Below are positions 1-10,097 of a stretch of DNA of 48,653 bases, one piece after another. The notes below the pieces were generated by a model. That model was not told the DNA's origin. It saw only the letters and a program-made list of their open reading frames with translations, and ran no database searches. A program made the translations under genes and the position numbers. The stretch covers positions 1 to 48,653 of the forward strand of contig JAEOTB010000027.1 in NCBI GenBank assembly GCA_016840065.1, in the 5' to 3' direction. This DNA comes from Candidatus Hermodarchaeota archaeon. GTDB taxonomy: Archaea; Asgardarchaeota; Hermodarchaeia; Hermodarchaeales; Hermodarchaeaceae. Positions within the stretch are counted from its first letter, which is position 1, and every line of letters begins with the position of its first letter.

Positions 1-2
1 CA

Positions 3-1298
3 CTTGTACTCTTTGTAGGACTAGCTATAAGATACATCCCCCACATTTTGCACTATTTTCCCGGATCGTCGGATATGTACTTTCATTTCTCAAAAATCCG
101 TAACCCATCGCATGGAGAAGAAGAGCTATTCTACCCTTCTCTATTTCATTGGATGTTTAGAGTTACTCGAAAACCTGATGGCGCCATTCCTGAGCGAGTT
201 CTCTGTTTCTTAATGCCAATATTCGATATTTTTACTGCAACAATTATTTATCTAATTATTCGAGGGGTGTTTGTCGCAGAGTTTTCCTTGCTTGTGGTGC
301 TTGTATTCCTAGTTACTCCTACTGTTGTGATTCAGGGAATAACTTTCTCACCCCGCCCAATGGGATTGCTTTTCCTTGTAAGTGCATTACTATTCATGAC
401 TTTCCCCTTTCCTTTAAAATTAGTAGCTATAGTGCCTATCGCGCTCACCTTACTTACACACAGATTAGCTACACAAACACTTTTCTTTATCAGCCTAGGA
501 GCATCTTTCATTGATTGGCAAATGGGGATTGTATTTCTAGGAGGAGCAGTATTTGCCATACTATTATCTAAGGGCCAGTATCTCAAAATACTACAGAGCC
601 ATCTTTCGTTTATTGGAAGGTATGTAAAAACTGGAGGGTTACCTAATCGCCGTATATACGGCGTTATCCTAGCACCGACCATTATTGGTTTCTTGTTGTA
701 CATCATTATCCACTTACTTTCAGTGGTCCTCTCATTTCCCTTAACGCTCTTTGGAGTAACTATTTCGACACTCCTCACAATTCAACCTTACTTTGAGAAC
801 CTCTTTCTAATGTGGGGTGTTGTGGGAACATTCCTCTTAGTTTTCTGGCCAATTGGTGAATCCTATAGGTATACCTACTATGCAAGTATGCCCTTCGCCT
901 TTTTCTCTGCCTTTATCCTCCAAAGCAGTCAGATATTCTCACTATTACTCGCAGCCATTCTTTTAGGGTGCGCAGCTTTATCCATCATCTTCTCAGTTCG
1001 CTTCCAACACTTGGATAGAGATATTGTGTCACTATTACGGGAATTGAAAACAATAGACGAGTGCACATACTTCCTAGTGCCATATCATCTCCTAAGAGCA
1101 GCGAGATATTTTAGCCAAAAGGATGGGACCTATGTTGCGTTCGCGGAAACAACTCGCGAGCAGGTTTCTCTACGTATCAAGAAGAAAAAAGTAACTCACA
1201 TTGTTGTAGACGAATCCCATCTAGATTGGTTCCCGAATGTGATACTAATCAAGCAAAACGGTAACTGGTTTCTACTCCAAGTTCAAATTCAGTGTTAA
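3..1298 (+). CDS. Polytopic membrane protein, GT-C-fold glycosyltransferase-like (5'-truncated by window edge)
   Basis: Frame is open from base 3 (LVLFVGLAIRYIPH...). About 11-12 hydrophobic segments, an acidic motif SSDMYFH after TM1, YPSLFHW, SPRP, RY motifs and a soluble C-terminal domain; lies in a glycosylation cluster. Confidence 0.6.
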   Translation, partial: LVLFVGLAIRYIPHILHYFPGSSDMYFHFSKIRNPSHGEEELFYPSLFHWMFRVTRKPDGAIPERVLCFLMPIFDIFTATIIYLIIRGVFVAEFSLLVVLVFLVTPTVVIQGITFSPRPMGLLFLVSALLFMTFPFPLKLVAIVPIALTLLTHRLATQTLFFISLGASFIDWQMGIVFLGGAVFAILLSKGQYLKILQSHLSFIGRYVKTGGLPNRRIYGVILAPTIIGFLLYIIIHLLSVVLSFPLTLFGVTISTLLTIQPYFENLFLMWGVVGTFLLVFWPIGESYRYTYYASMPFAFFSAFILQSSQIFSLLLAAILLGCAALSIIFSVRFQHLDRDIVSLLRELKTIDECTYFLVPYHLLRAARYFSQKDGTYVAFAETTREQVSLRIKKKKVTHIVVDESHLDWFPNVILIKQNGNWFLLQVQIQC

Positions 1299-1445
1299 CT
1301 ACTCTTGAGATAGTAATCACTCAATGTTTAAGAAGGAAGGTATTAAGCGTTCTATAGTTTAGGATTTTAGTGAGGTACATTAAAAAAAACATGAGATAAT
1401 ATCAGAGAATCTCAGACTTCAAATATTTCCTTGGGTGGATACGTA

Positions 1446-2804
1446 ATGCTAATTGACATGAAACCAGCGGATGTTGAAAAGAATCTAAGGACAGGAAAAA
1501 TATCAATTGCAGTTGTTGGTGCAGGGAGAATCGGGTTACCAACTGCAGTCCTTTTTGCTAGTGCAGGTGCCAAGGTAACAGCTTGTGATATCAATGAGGA
1601 AGTTGTATCGTGCATTAATCAATGCCAAAACTACGTGGATGAACCAGGATTAGAAGAAATCTTTGAGAAAGTAGTCCGATCAGGTCATCTGAAAGCAACA
1701 ACCGACACAACAGAAACTTTGCAGACATCGGATGTAGCGATTCTATCTGTACCTACACCAGTTTCCTCAGAAAAGGTGCCTGTTTATGACTTCATTTTTT
1801 CAGCTGCTGAAGCAGTAGGTAAAGGACTTAGAAAAGGGTCCATGGTAATCGTCGAAAGCACAATCGCTCCAGGAACCTTGGAAAATGAAATCCTCCCAAT
1901 TCTTGAGCGCGCTTCAGGACTAAAAGCAGGTCGGGATTTTCTCGCAGCAAGCTGCCCAGAGAGAGCAGACCCGGGATCCATTATCAAGAAATTTCGAGAT
2001 ATTCCTCGTATCATTGGTGGGGTGAATAAGCAATCAGCAGAGATTGCCAAAGCCCTATATTCAACAATAGCAGACAAAATACTAGTAGTTTCAAGTCCAA
2101 AGACAGCAAATGCAGTCAAGTTAACCGAGAACATTTTTCGAGATGTTAATATCGCACTCATGAACGAGCTAGCTATTCTCTTTGAACGACTCGGAATAGA
2201 CGCCATTGAAGTTATCGAAACAGCAGCATCGAAATGGAATTTTGTGCCACACTACCCAGGAGCGGGAGTTGGAGGGCCTTGTCTGCCAGCAAACGCCTAC
2301 TACATAATAGGAGAGGGGACAAAAGTGGGTTATGTCCCCTATCTTGTGCGAATGTCTAGGGAGATAAATGACCGGATGCCAATAGAGATGATTCGCTTGA
2401 CAACTGAGGCGCTAAACGAAGCAGGTAAATGCCTCAAAGGATCCCATGTAGTTATTCTGGGTATCACCTACAAGCCAGGGGTTCGAGACATTCAAACAAC
2501 ACCGGCACTACCGATTGTCACTGAACTACGTGGGCGAGGCGCTAAAATCACTATCTGCGACCCTGTTATGGCAGGCACAACTTTCAGCGGACATCTAGTA
2601 AAAGAGAGAGTAGAGGATTCGGTAGAAGGTGCTGATTGTATTGTAGTTGTTACCGCTCAGAACGAGTTCAAACGACTCGACCTAAAGCAGGTTGCTAAGC
2701 TAACTGCAAATCCACTCATCATAGTAGATGGCAGAGGCCTCTTCAGAACTGTTGAAAAACCTGATAACACCATCTATCTTGGAATAGGTCATTCATCCGA
2801 GTGA
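1446..2804 (+). CDS. wecC: Nucleotide-sugar dehydrogenase, UDP-ManNAc/UDP-GlcNAc dehydrogenase (WecC/WbpA) family
   Basis: GAGRIGLP Rossmann motif, VPTP, ESTIAPG, CPER, KLTENIFRDVNIA, catalytic GVGGPCLP, YKP. ATG 1446 follows GGTGGA. Confidence 0.85.
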   Translation: MLIDMKPADVEKNLRTGKISIAVVGAGRIGLPTAVLFASAGAKVTACDINEEVVSCINQCQNYVDEPGLEEIFEKVVRSGHLKATTDTTETLQTSDVAILSVPTPVSSEKVPVYDFIFSAAEAVGKGLRKGSMVIVESTIAPGTLENEILPILERASGLKAGRDFLAASCPERADPGSIIKKFRDIPRIIGGVNKQSAEIAKALYSTIADKILVVSSPKTANAVKLTENIFRDVNIALMNELAILFERLGIDAIEVIETAASKWNFVPHYPGAGVGGPCLPANAYYIIGEGTKVGYVPYLVRMSREINDRMPIEMIRLTTEALNEAGKCLKGSHVVILGITYKPGVRDIQTTPALPIVTELRGRGAKITICDPVMAGTTFSGHLVKERVEDSVEGADCIVVVTAQNEFKRLDLKQVAKLTANPLIIVDGRGLFRTVEKPDNTIYLGIGHSSE

Positions 2805-2862
2805 TTTAGCTCATGTTCTTGAATTGATTCTATGTTTGGCAAAGAAAGGGTGGATGAAATCT

Positions 2863-3942
2863 ATGAGGATTTGTATGATAGATGAAATTGCAAACTGTGC
2901 CTTTCATCTTACAAGTGGGTTAACGAAAAAAGGACATGAAGTATTTGTGTTACTTGACATTCTACGTAAACAAAACCGACTTCTGTTTAGCCAGAAAAAT
3001 CCTCCTGGGTCAAAGGTGATGTGGATTCGTCCCCTCCCAATTAGGCCTAGAGCCCTCGGCCTATTTCTCCCAATGCTGTTAGCTATTCTTCGAATACGCC
3101 CCCAAATCATACATGTGCAATACCTATGGTCACAATTCTTCATCGGATTCATTGCAGCTAGACTATTACGGGTGCCAATTGTTGGCACGGGTCATGGATG
3201 GGAAGTGCTAGACGTTCCGAAGGAGCGAATACGTGGAAAAGTTCAAAGATTCTTTCTTAAACGCGCGGACAAGATTATTCTTACAGCAGAATATTATCAT
3301 AAATCAATGGAGGGTATTGTGAAACCAAAACGGCGCATCTACATACCTCGAATGATTGATACTGAGATGTTCAGACCTGGTATTCACTGTAATGATATTA
3401 AAGAGAAATATGGAAACCGGATCGTGACCTTCATTGCCCGATTATATAAAATCAAAACACCATACAAGACACTAAAGACCTTTCGTTTGGCTCTAGACGA
3501 ATTCCCCGATGCGAATCTCTTGATATTAGGTATAGGTCCTGAAGAACATGGTATGAGAAAGATGGTAAAAGAGCTTCGAATGGAAAACAATGTGCATTTC
3601 TTGGGAGAAGTTCAAAACACCGAAGTACCACGTTACCTTAACGCTTCAAAGGTTGAGGTTAGAGGGTTCAATCCATTAACTCCAGAGCTTGGCATTTCAC
3701 ATCTCGAAGCCTTAGCCTGTGAGACACCAGTTTTAACCTACAATGATTACCCTGATGTGAAAGGGATGATTATCTGTTTGGAGATTGAGGAGATTGCTAC
3801 AGCACTGAAGAAAATTCTAGGTGATGATAAATATCAGCGTGAGCTTGGTGCTGCTGGCAGACAGTATGTGATTGATAATTTCAGCATTGAAGCCGCTACA
3901 CAACAAACCCTTCAAGTTTACTATAAATTACTCAAGGAGTAA
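2863..3942 (+). CDS. GT4 (GT-B) glycosyltransferase
   Basis: MRICMI N-terminus, IIHVQ, IGPEE, ELGISHLEALACETPV (EX7E). Start may be 2854. Confidence 0.85.
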   Translation: MRICMIDEIANCAFHLTSGLTKKGHEVFVLLDILRKQNRLLFSQKNPPGSKVMWIRPLPIRPRALGLFLPMLLAILRIRPQIIHVQYLWSQFFIGFIAARLLRVPIVGTGHGWEVLDVPKERIRGKVQRFFLKRADKIILTAEYYHKSMEGIVKPKRRIYIPRMIDTEMFRPGIHCNDIKEKYGNRIVTFIARLYKIKTPYKTLKTFRLALDEFPDANLLILGIGPEEHGMRKMVKELRMENNVHFLGEVQNTEVPRYLNASKVEVRGFNPLTPELGISHLEALACETPVLTYNDYPDVKGMIICLEIEEIATALKKILGDDKYQRELGAAGRQYVIDNFSIEAATQQTLQVYYKLLKE

Positions 3943-3967
3943 CCAGTTGCAGCAGGATTTGATATGA

Positions 3968-5281
3968 TTGGCGAAAGACCAAATGAAGATGTGTTTTATA
4001 CTCGGAACAAGACCTGAAATAATCAAGTTTTTCTCGGTAATGAATGCAGCTGTTGCAAATACAGAGGTTAATCCTGTATTCATTCACACAGGTCAACACT
4101 ACGACTATGAGATGTCTCAGTCCTTTTTAGAAGAATTGAAGCTTCCCAAAATGGATTATTTTCTTAATGTTCAATCGGGAACTCATAGCAACCAAACAGC
4201 AAATCTTCTAACCACTATTGAAAGAACGCTCTTGCTAGAGAAGCCAGATGTAGTCTTGGTACTTGGTGACACGAACACAACACTTGCTGGAGCCCTCTCG
4301 GCCGCGAAGCTGAGAATCCCTATTGCCCATGTAGAGGCTGGTTGTCGCTCGTTTGATTATGATATGCCTGAAGAGATAAACCGTCTTGCAGTTGATGCAA
4401 TATCAAGTATCTACTATGCTCCATCCGAAGTAGCTGCTTTAAATCTGTTATCTGAAGGGAAGCCAAAAAATCGGGTTTTTCTAGCAGGAAATACAATCGT
4501 TGACATTGTTCATGAGACACAGGAAATAAGAAGCGCCATACGTTTTGACAGCGAAATAGGTGAAGCTGCCCCAGTCCTTGTGACACTTCATCGCCAAGAA
4601 AATGTCGATGACAAAACCCGCCTTTCGGAGCTTCTAAGAGCATTATCGGAGATAAAAGAAAAGGTTGTATTCCCGATACACCCAAGAACAAAGAAAAGGA
4701 TTGAGGAATTCAAACTAACAGAATTCGTAGATAATATACCTAATCTCCGCTTAGTTAAACCTCAGAAGTACCTCACTTTCATGAAATTGCTTGAGAAAGC
4801 AAAGGTAGTCATAACTGATAGTGGAGGAGTACAAGAAGAAGCGATTATAGTGGGAACGCCTTGTGTTACAGCAAGAGACACTACAGAATGGCCAGAAACA
4901 GTATGGGCGGGTGGCAATCACCTCGCGGGGCGCAGCGCACCAAGAATAGCTGAATTATGTAATCAACTATTAGAAGATGCAGAAGACCCGACACAAACCA
5001 CTAAATGGAGAAATCCGTTCCAAGGCAATGCAGGCCCAACCATTATTCAAACCCTTGTTACACTCTGGAAAGATGAAGAGCTTTGGCCCCAGAAACTCGA
5101 TATGTCACAAGGAAAGTATCCTCTTCCATGGCTTGTAGAAGTAGATGCGGATTTGGAGGGAGAATTTCTCACCAACGTAGAATTCGACAAGGAGGGGCGA
5201 GGCGTGATTGGAAACAAGCAACAGGCAGTTCGCAGGATTATTAGGTGGTCCAAAGCTGAGAACAGAGTTCGCAATCATTGA
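3968..5281 (+). CDS. wecB: UDP-N-acetylglucosamine 2-epimerase (non-hydrolysing)
   Basis: GTRPEIIK, HTGQHYD, GDTNT, HVEAGCRS, PEEINR, TLHRQEN, HPRT, TDSGGVQEEA. Confidence 0.92.
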   Translation: MAKDQMKMCFILGTRPEIIKFFSVMNAAVANTEVNPVFIHTGQHYDYEMSQSFLEELKLPKMDYFLNVQSGTHSNQTANLLTTIERTLLLEKPDVVLVLGDTNTTLAGALSAAKLRIPIAHVEAGCRSFDYDMPEEINRLAVDAISSIYYAPSEVAALNLLSEGKPKNRVFLAGNTIVDIVHETQEIRSAIRFDSEIGEAAPVLVTLHRQENVDDKTRLSELLRALSEIKEKVVFPIHPRTKKRIEEFKLTEFVDNIPNLRLVKPQKYLTFMKLLEKAKVVITDSGGVQEEAIIVGTPCVTARDTTEWPETVWAGGNHLAGRSAPRIAELCNQLLEDAEDPTQTTKWRNPFQGNAGPTIIQTLVTLWKDEELWPQKLDMSQGKYPLPWLVEVDADLEGEFLTNVEFDKEGRGVIGNKQQAVRRIIRWSKAENRVRNH

Positions 5282-5406
5282 CAAAAGTAATACGATTATC
5301 AAGCGCTTCGTACTACAAGAAATAACACAGTAAGTTAATATCAGGAAGTAATTAGTTTTTTTTCAGGCTTATCATTTTCAAAGGAATCATTAGTGTAACA
5401 GATTTA

Positions 5407-6579
5407 TCAACACAAACGATTTATTAATTCAATGTAGGCGTTTGCCGTAGCGTCCATACTATAATTTGTACGAATTCGTTTTCGTGCCTGCTCCCCCAAT
5501 GTTTTAGCAATTTTACGTTTTGAAAAGATATGGATTATCGCTTTTGTAATTGCATCAGGGACACCTGCTTTAACTAAAATCCCACTTCTTTGGTGAGTGA
5601 TTATCTCAGGAATTCCTCCAACATGTGTCGCAATACAAGGGAGTTTCATTGCCATAGCTTCAAGCAGAGCTCTTGGTGTTCCTTCGCTCAGGGAGGGTAA
5701 AACGAAAACATCGCTAGCAGCAAGAAGTTCCGGGATGTCAAGACGTTCGCCTAGGAAGTGAATGTGATTTTCAATACCAAGTTCCCTTGCTAGATTACGA
5801 AAAGGTTCTTGATCCCCTTTTCCGGCTAGGTATAGATGACATTCAGGGTACACCTTAATTACTTGAGGGAGGGCGCGGATGAGGAAATCGTGACCCTTGA
5901 CGGCTTTTCGTAAGCTGGCTACTGTTATAATAGCCCGCTTACCGGTCATCGAGAATCTCGCTCGGAGCTTGTCACGATCATATCGGGAGGGATCATAGAT
6001 TGTTGTGTTAACACCGCTTGGAATAATTTTGATTTGTTTATTCCATTGGATAAGCTGTCTAGCGTAGATGCTGTCCATAACAACTAAGCAGTCTGCCAGT
6101 TGGTAGGCTTTCTGTTCTAAACTCCGAAATAAGGGCCCTAGAAGAGGTTGAACTGCAGCAGCGTTCTCCGCCCAGGCCCCACCCACAAACTGGATGAGTC
6201 GAGGGCGACTCCTCCTCTTTGCTAGGTGGATTGTGATTAAAGGGTCAGGGGTTATAATAACATCGTAGTTGCTCAAGAAACTATCACGAAGAGAGCTGAC
6301 TCTTTTTCCGTAGAAGAACCCATCAAGGAAAGAGAGATACACATATTCGAAGAGGCGTCCGAACACACTTGTTCTCAGAGTACTAACTGAAGCAATTGGA
6401 AGATGCTTCTCAATACTTACTGCTCTAGATACACGTGGCTTCCTTCCAAGCGCAACAAACTCCCAATCATTCTGTTTTTGAATCCACTTCGCGATATCAG
6501 TAAAAAGCAATTCATCCCCGCCACGAGAGTAAGGATAGCTTGAACTGAAGATAATACAAACCCGTCTTCGACTTGACAT
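5407..6579 (-). CDS. GT4 glycosyltransferase
   Basis: KGHDFLIRA, DVFVLPSLSEGTPRALLEAMAMKLPCIATHVGGIPE. Confidence 0.9.
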   Translation of the reverse strand: MSSRRRVCIIFSSSYPYSRGGDELLFTDIAKWIQKQNDWEFVALGRKPRVSRAVSIEKHLPIASVSTLRTSVFGRLFEYVYLSFLDGFFYGKRVSSLRDSFLSNYDVIITPDPLITIHLAKRRSRPRLIQFVGGAWAENAAAVQPLLGPLFRSLEQKAYQLADCLVVMDSIYARQLIQWNKQIKIIPSGVNTTIYDPSRYDRDKLRARFSMTGKRAIITVASLRKAVKGHDFLIRALPQVIKVYPECHLYLAGKGDQEPFRNLARELGIENHIHFLGERLDIPELLAASDVFVLPSLSEGTPRALLEAMAMKLPCIATHVGGIPEIITHQRSGILVKAGVPDAITKAIIHIFSKRKIAKTLGEQARKRIRTNYSMDATANAYIELINRLC

Positions 6580-6607
6580 AGCAGTAGCCCCACGAGGATT
6601 AAATCTA

Positions 6608-7486
6608 TTACTCAGAACGATACCCCTTGACTAGTCCTTGAATGTAGCCAATGAAAATGCGTAAGTATTCCTCTCGGAAAAGGAGAGTATTAGAACCTAC
6701 AAATCTACGCAGTAGATTGAATGGAATGAGCAGCATGTTGATTATTGAATAACCTAATACGCGTAGAATCGCACGCCAGTTTATAAATCCGTGTTTCAGC
6801 CAAACAATTGCTTCCCATTTCGAATATTCCAAAGCCCTCCAGAGCAGCCCTCTACGATTTGGTACACTGTAATAGAGGATAATTCTATTGGTAAAATAAT
6901 ACTTTGTAACTTGCGTAACCCGGAGATGAATATCGTAATCCTCAACCCAGATGAGGTTTCCATCCGCACCGCCTACCCGTCTAAGAAGACTGGTCCTGTA
7001 GATAGTTGATGATATAGGAATGATGTTGCTCTTTCGGAGCGTTGCATTGTCAACTAAGAAATCATGGGGTGGATTGAAGGAGATCGATTCTTGGTTATCA
7101 AGAGACACTTTCACGACAACACCACAAGCTGCTCCAGTTTTAATCACGTTAGTGTACAGAATTTCTAGAGCATCCTTAGAGTACCAGTCATCTCCGTCGA
7201 GGAACGCTATGTATTCAGTTTTCACCGCTCGTATGGCTGTTTGTCTAGCAGCCCCTAATCCTTGACCGGGACCTCGAATCATCTCAAATAATTCTGGAAA
7301 CCTTTTAATTAATTTTTGAATCACTTCAAGCGAATTATCACTACTCTCGTCGTAGACAACAAGAACTTTCTCTGGAGTCAAAGTCTGTGATAACACTGAT
7401 TCAGAACATCGTTGCAGAGTTGAAGCGCAATTCCGCACAGGAATAACAACCGTAATTGGGGCTTTCCTAGATTTCGTGTTATCCAC
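6608..7486 (-). CDS. GT2 (GT-A) glycosyltransferase
   Basis: VVIPVRN, DESSDNS, GLGAAR, AFLDGDD (DxD), EDYD. Confidence 0.9.
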   Translation of the reverse strand: MDNTKSRKAPITVVIPVRNCASTLQRCSESVLSQTLTPEKVLVVYDESSDNSLEVIQKLIKRFPELFEMIRGPGQGLGAARQTAIRAVKTEYIAFLDGDDWYSKDALEILYTNVIKTGAACGVVVKVSLDNQESISFNPPHDFLVDNATLRKSNIIPISSTIYRTSLLRRVGGADGNLIWVEDYDIHLRVTQVTKYYFTNRIILYYSVPNRRGLLWRALEYSKWEAIVWLKHGFINWRAILRVLGYSIINMLLIPFNLLRRFVGSNTLLFREEYLRIFIGYIQGLVKGYRSE

Positions 7487-8687
7487 CCCTAAAGCACTTC
7501 GATTTGATTATTTGTTCATACATCCTCTCATGTTTGTCTGCAATAGCTTTCCATGTATAACTTGTTCTAACTGCTTCAGCTGATTTTCTTCCTAAATCCT
7601 TCCTTAAAGACGGATCTGTAAGTATTTCCAATGATTTTTCAGCTAACTCTCGCGAGTTTTCACCGATTCGAAGGCAGTTCTTCACACTTTGATCGAAGGA
7701 TTCGGCACCAATTGGAGTTGTCACTACTGGTTTTCCCAAAGCCAAAGCCTCTAGAATCTTGAATAACTGTCCACCACCTTTACGCATGGGAAACAATGCG
7801 ATACTGGCTTTTGTAATATACTCCGTTATGTCGTCAACAAATCCAGTAACCACTACGTCTTTGTGCTTACCCAATTCCATAACTGCTTTTGACGGATGTG
7901 CTCCAACAATATACAGTTTTACTTCTGGTATCTTCGATTTGAGCAAGGGTAGGATTTCATGCACCAAGTAGAGAACTGCATCGATATTTGGAAGGACACT
8001 CATATTTCCGAAGAATATTATGCTTGGATGGTCTTCTGCTCTAGTTACATGTACAGCTTTCTCAATAGCCACCCCAAGCTGAATTACCTGGACGTTAGCC
8101 CTTCTATTCAGCTTCAAGAGATAATACCGCTCCTTTGGTGACACTACAGTCACTATCTCGTATTTTTTCAGTACAAACCTTTCATTCCATATCGCTCGGG
8201 TGAGATAATAGCAGTGCAATAAGAACCTGAGTGGGACAGGTTTCCGCAGTGGGAAAAACATTCGCACAGCATATAAGGTGACCGAGTCGGTAAGATCGAG
8301 TACTCGAGGAATAACCTTCAGATTAGCTAGTAGTAGTCCAATCGGGAGAAGATGAAGGTGAAGGACATCAATGTTTTTTTCTTCGATGACCGTCCTCACC
8401 GCTTGTTCAGCACGTCTTTGAAATTTAGGAAATTTCCTTTTCACTGCTCTAGCAAAGGGATTTCTAATCTGCCTGAAACCTTTCAGGGAGTCTATATAGT
8501 GAAATTCTTTGAACACCCCTCTATGCACATATTCCTCTGCTGCGCGTATGTCATTTTTTGACTCCTTTAGGAAAAATACATGAACCTCATGTTTTGATGA
8601 TAATAGCTTGAATATATTCAATAATCGTAACGAGGATCCTGTTATCACAGGGTAAGATAGCCGTTCAGTGCAAACAAGAATTCGCAG
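7479..8687 (-). CDS. GT4 glycosyltransferase, probable CTG start
   Basis: FFGNMSVLPNIDA, GGGQLFKILEALALGKPVVTT. Frame extends 13 codons upstream of the track start (8648) to CTG giving (M)RILVCTERLSYP, the typical first GT4 strand. Confidence 0.85.
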   Translation of the reverse strand: MRILVCTERLSYPVITGSSLRLLNIFKLLSSKHEVHVFFLKESKNDIRAAEEYVHRGVFKEFHYIDSLKGFRQIRNPFARAVKRKFPKFQRRAEQAVRTVIEEKNIDVLHLHLLPIGLLLANLKVIPRVLDLTDSVTLYAVRMFFPLRKPVPLRFLLHCYYLTRAIWNERFVLKKYEIVTVVSPKERYYLLKLNRRANVQVIQLGVAIEKAVHVTRAEDHPSIIFFGNMSVLPNIDAVLYLVHEILPLLKSKIPEVKLYIVGAHPSKAVMELGKHKDVVVTGFVDDITEYITKASIALFPMRKGGGQLFKILEALALGKPVVTTPIGAESFDQSVKNCLRIGENSRELAEKSLEILTDPSLRKDLGRKSAEAVRTSYTWKAIADKHERMYEQIIKSKCFRGG

Positions 8688-9146
8688 GATTCCAACCCCT
8701 TTATTCCAATTAAATACTGAACCAAGTAATTATAACTTTCAATAATTGTGCATTGAATCCTTGGTTTCGAAGGGATGTTCAGCTATATTTTATATCTCTT
8801 TTGCAGGAAGTCACTAAGCCTGCTGTTGAATTCGACCACTCACGAGGATAGCGTTATAGAATTAAATCCACATCCATAGTTGTTACAGTACTATGTGACA
8901 AACAATCACGACGAACTCCTGTTCTAGCCCGTTTTCCCTTATAACCTGGATTCCTCCTGCATCAAAGCAAATCACCAAAAGTAGTATTTACTATAATAAC
9001 AGGCGAGATACTAGATTGGAGAGACGCCATTTTAAAATACAAGTTTATTGTGGTTCTATCGCATCAAGAGCTATCTTTCTTTATACTGGAAAGAATTAAC
9101 ATCTCGTACACGAATACAAATTGAGAAAACAACCGAGAGGAAAACT

Positions 9147-10097
9147 ATGGAACGCGCACTTATAACTGGAATCTCAGGCTTTGTGGGATCTCATCTTGCA
9201 GACTTCTTGTTGAAAAAGAACGTTGAGGTTTATGGAACAATTCGTTGGCGAAGCCAATTACAAAACATCCTCCACATTAAGGATAAGGTGATTCTCGTTG
9301 AAGGGGATATACGGGACTCCTTTTCAATGATAAAACTGTTGAAAGATATCAACCCGGATTACATTTTCCATCTAGCGGCACAGAGTTTTGTCCCAACATC
9401 ATGGAAGGCCCCCCAGGAAACACTAGAAACGAATATCGTCGGAACAGTAAATGTATTGGAAGCAATTCGAGTGACCGAATGCCAAGCGCGCATTCAAATT
9501 TGTGGATCTAGCGAGGAGTATGGACTAGTTCATCCAAACGAGGTGCCTATTAAAGAATCAAATCCTTTACGACCGATGAGCCCCTATGGTGTTAGTAAGG
9601 TAGCGTCTGACCTATTGGGATTTCAATATCATAGGAGCTACGGTCTAAAAATAGTGCGAACGCGAGCCTTTAACCACACAGGCCCTCGCAGAGGTGAACC
9701 CTTTGTTGTTTCAAATTTTGCTAAACAAGTTGCTGATATCGAAAAGGGACTACGACCACCAGTAATTCATGTAGGGAACCTAGAATCGAAGCGGGATTTC
9801 ACCGATGTCAGGGATATGGTCGAAGCATATTGGCTAAGTCTACAAAAAGGAGAATTTGGAGAGGTCTATAACATTTGTTCTGAGAAAACATGGAAAATCA
9901 AATGGGTATTGGATTTCCTACTAAGCAAAGCCAAGAAACCTATTGAGGTCAAAACTGACCCTGCTAGATTGCGTCCCTCAGATGTCGAGATACTACAAGG
10001 AGATTGCTCGAAGTTTCGAGAGCAGACGGGATGGACATACCGAATACCTTTTGAGCAAACTGTAGAGGACACGCTTGACTATTGGAGGAATATCTAA
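9147..10097 (+). CDS. GDP-mannose 4,6-dehydratase / GDP-4-keto-6-deoxymannose reductase (GMD/RMD) family SDR
   Basis: ALITGISGFVGSHL, HLAAQSFV, GSSEEYG, SPYGVSK (YxxxK), FNHTGPRRG, GNLESKRDF. ATG 9147 follows GAGAGG. Confidence 0.88.
   Translation: MERALITGISGFVGSHLADFLLKKNVEVYGTIRWRSQLQNILHIKDKVILVEGDIRDSFSMIKLLKDINPDYIFHLAAQSFVPTSWKAPQETLETNIVGTVNVLEAIRVTECQARIQICGSSEEYGLVHPNEVPIKESNPLRPMSPYGVSKVASDLLGFQYHRSYGLKIVRTRAFNHTGPRRGEPFVVSNFAKQVADIEKGLRPPVIHVGNLESKRDFTDVRDMVEAYWLSLQKGEFGEVYNICSEKTWKIKWVLDFLLSKAKKPIEVKTDPARLRPSDVEILQGDCSKFREQTGWTYRIPFEQTVEDTLDYWRNI

Noticed and set aside
8700-9146. About 450-nt divergent intergenic region as possible ncRNA or mobile remnant
   Set aside because: No tRNA fold, repeats, terminal inverted repeats or coding remnant recognised; consistent with divergent promoters.
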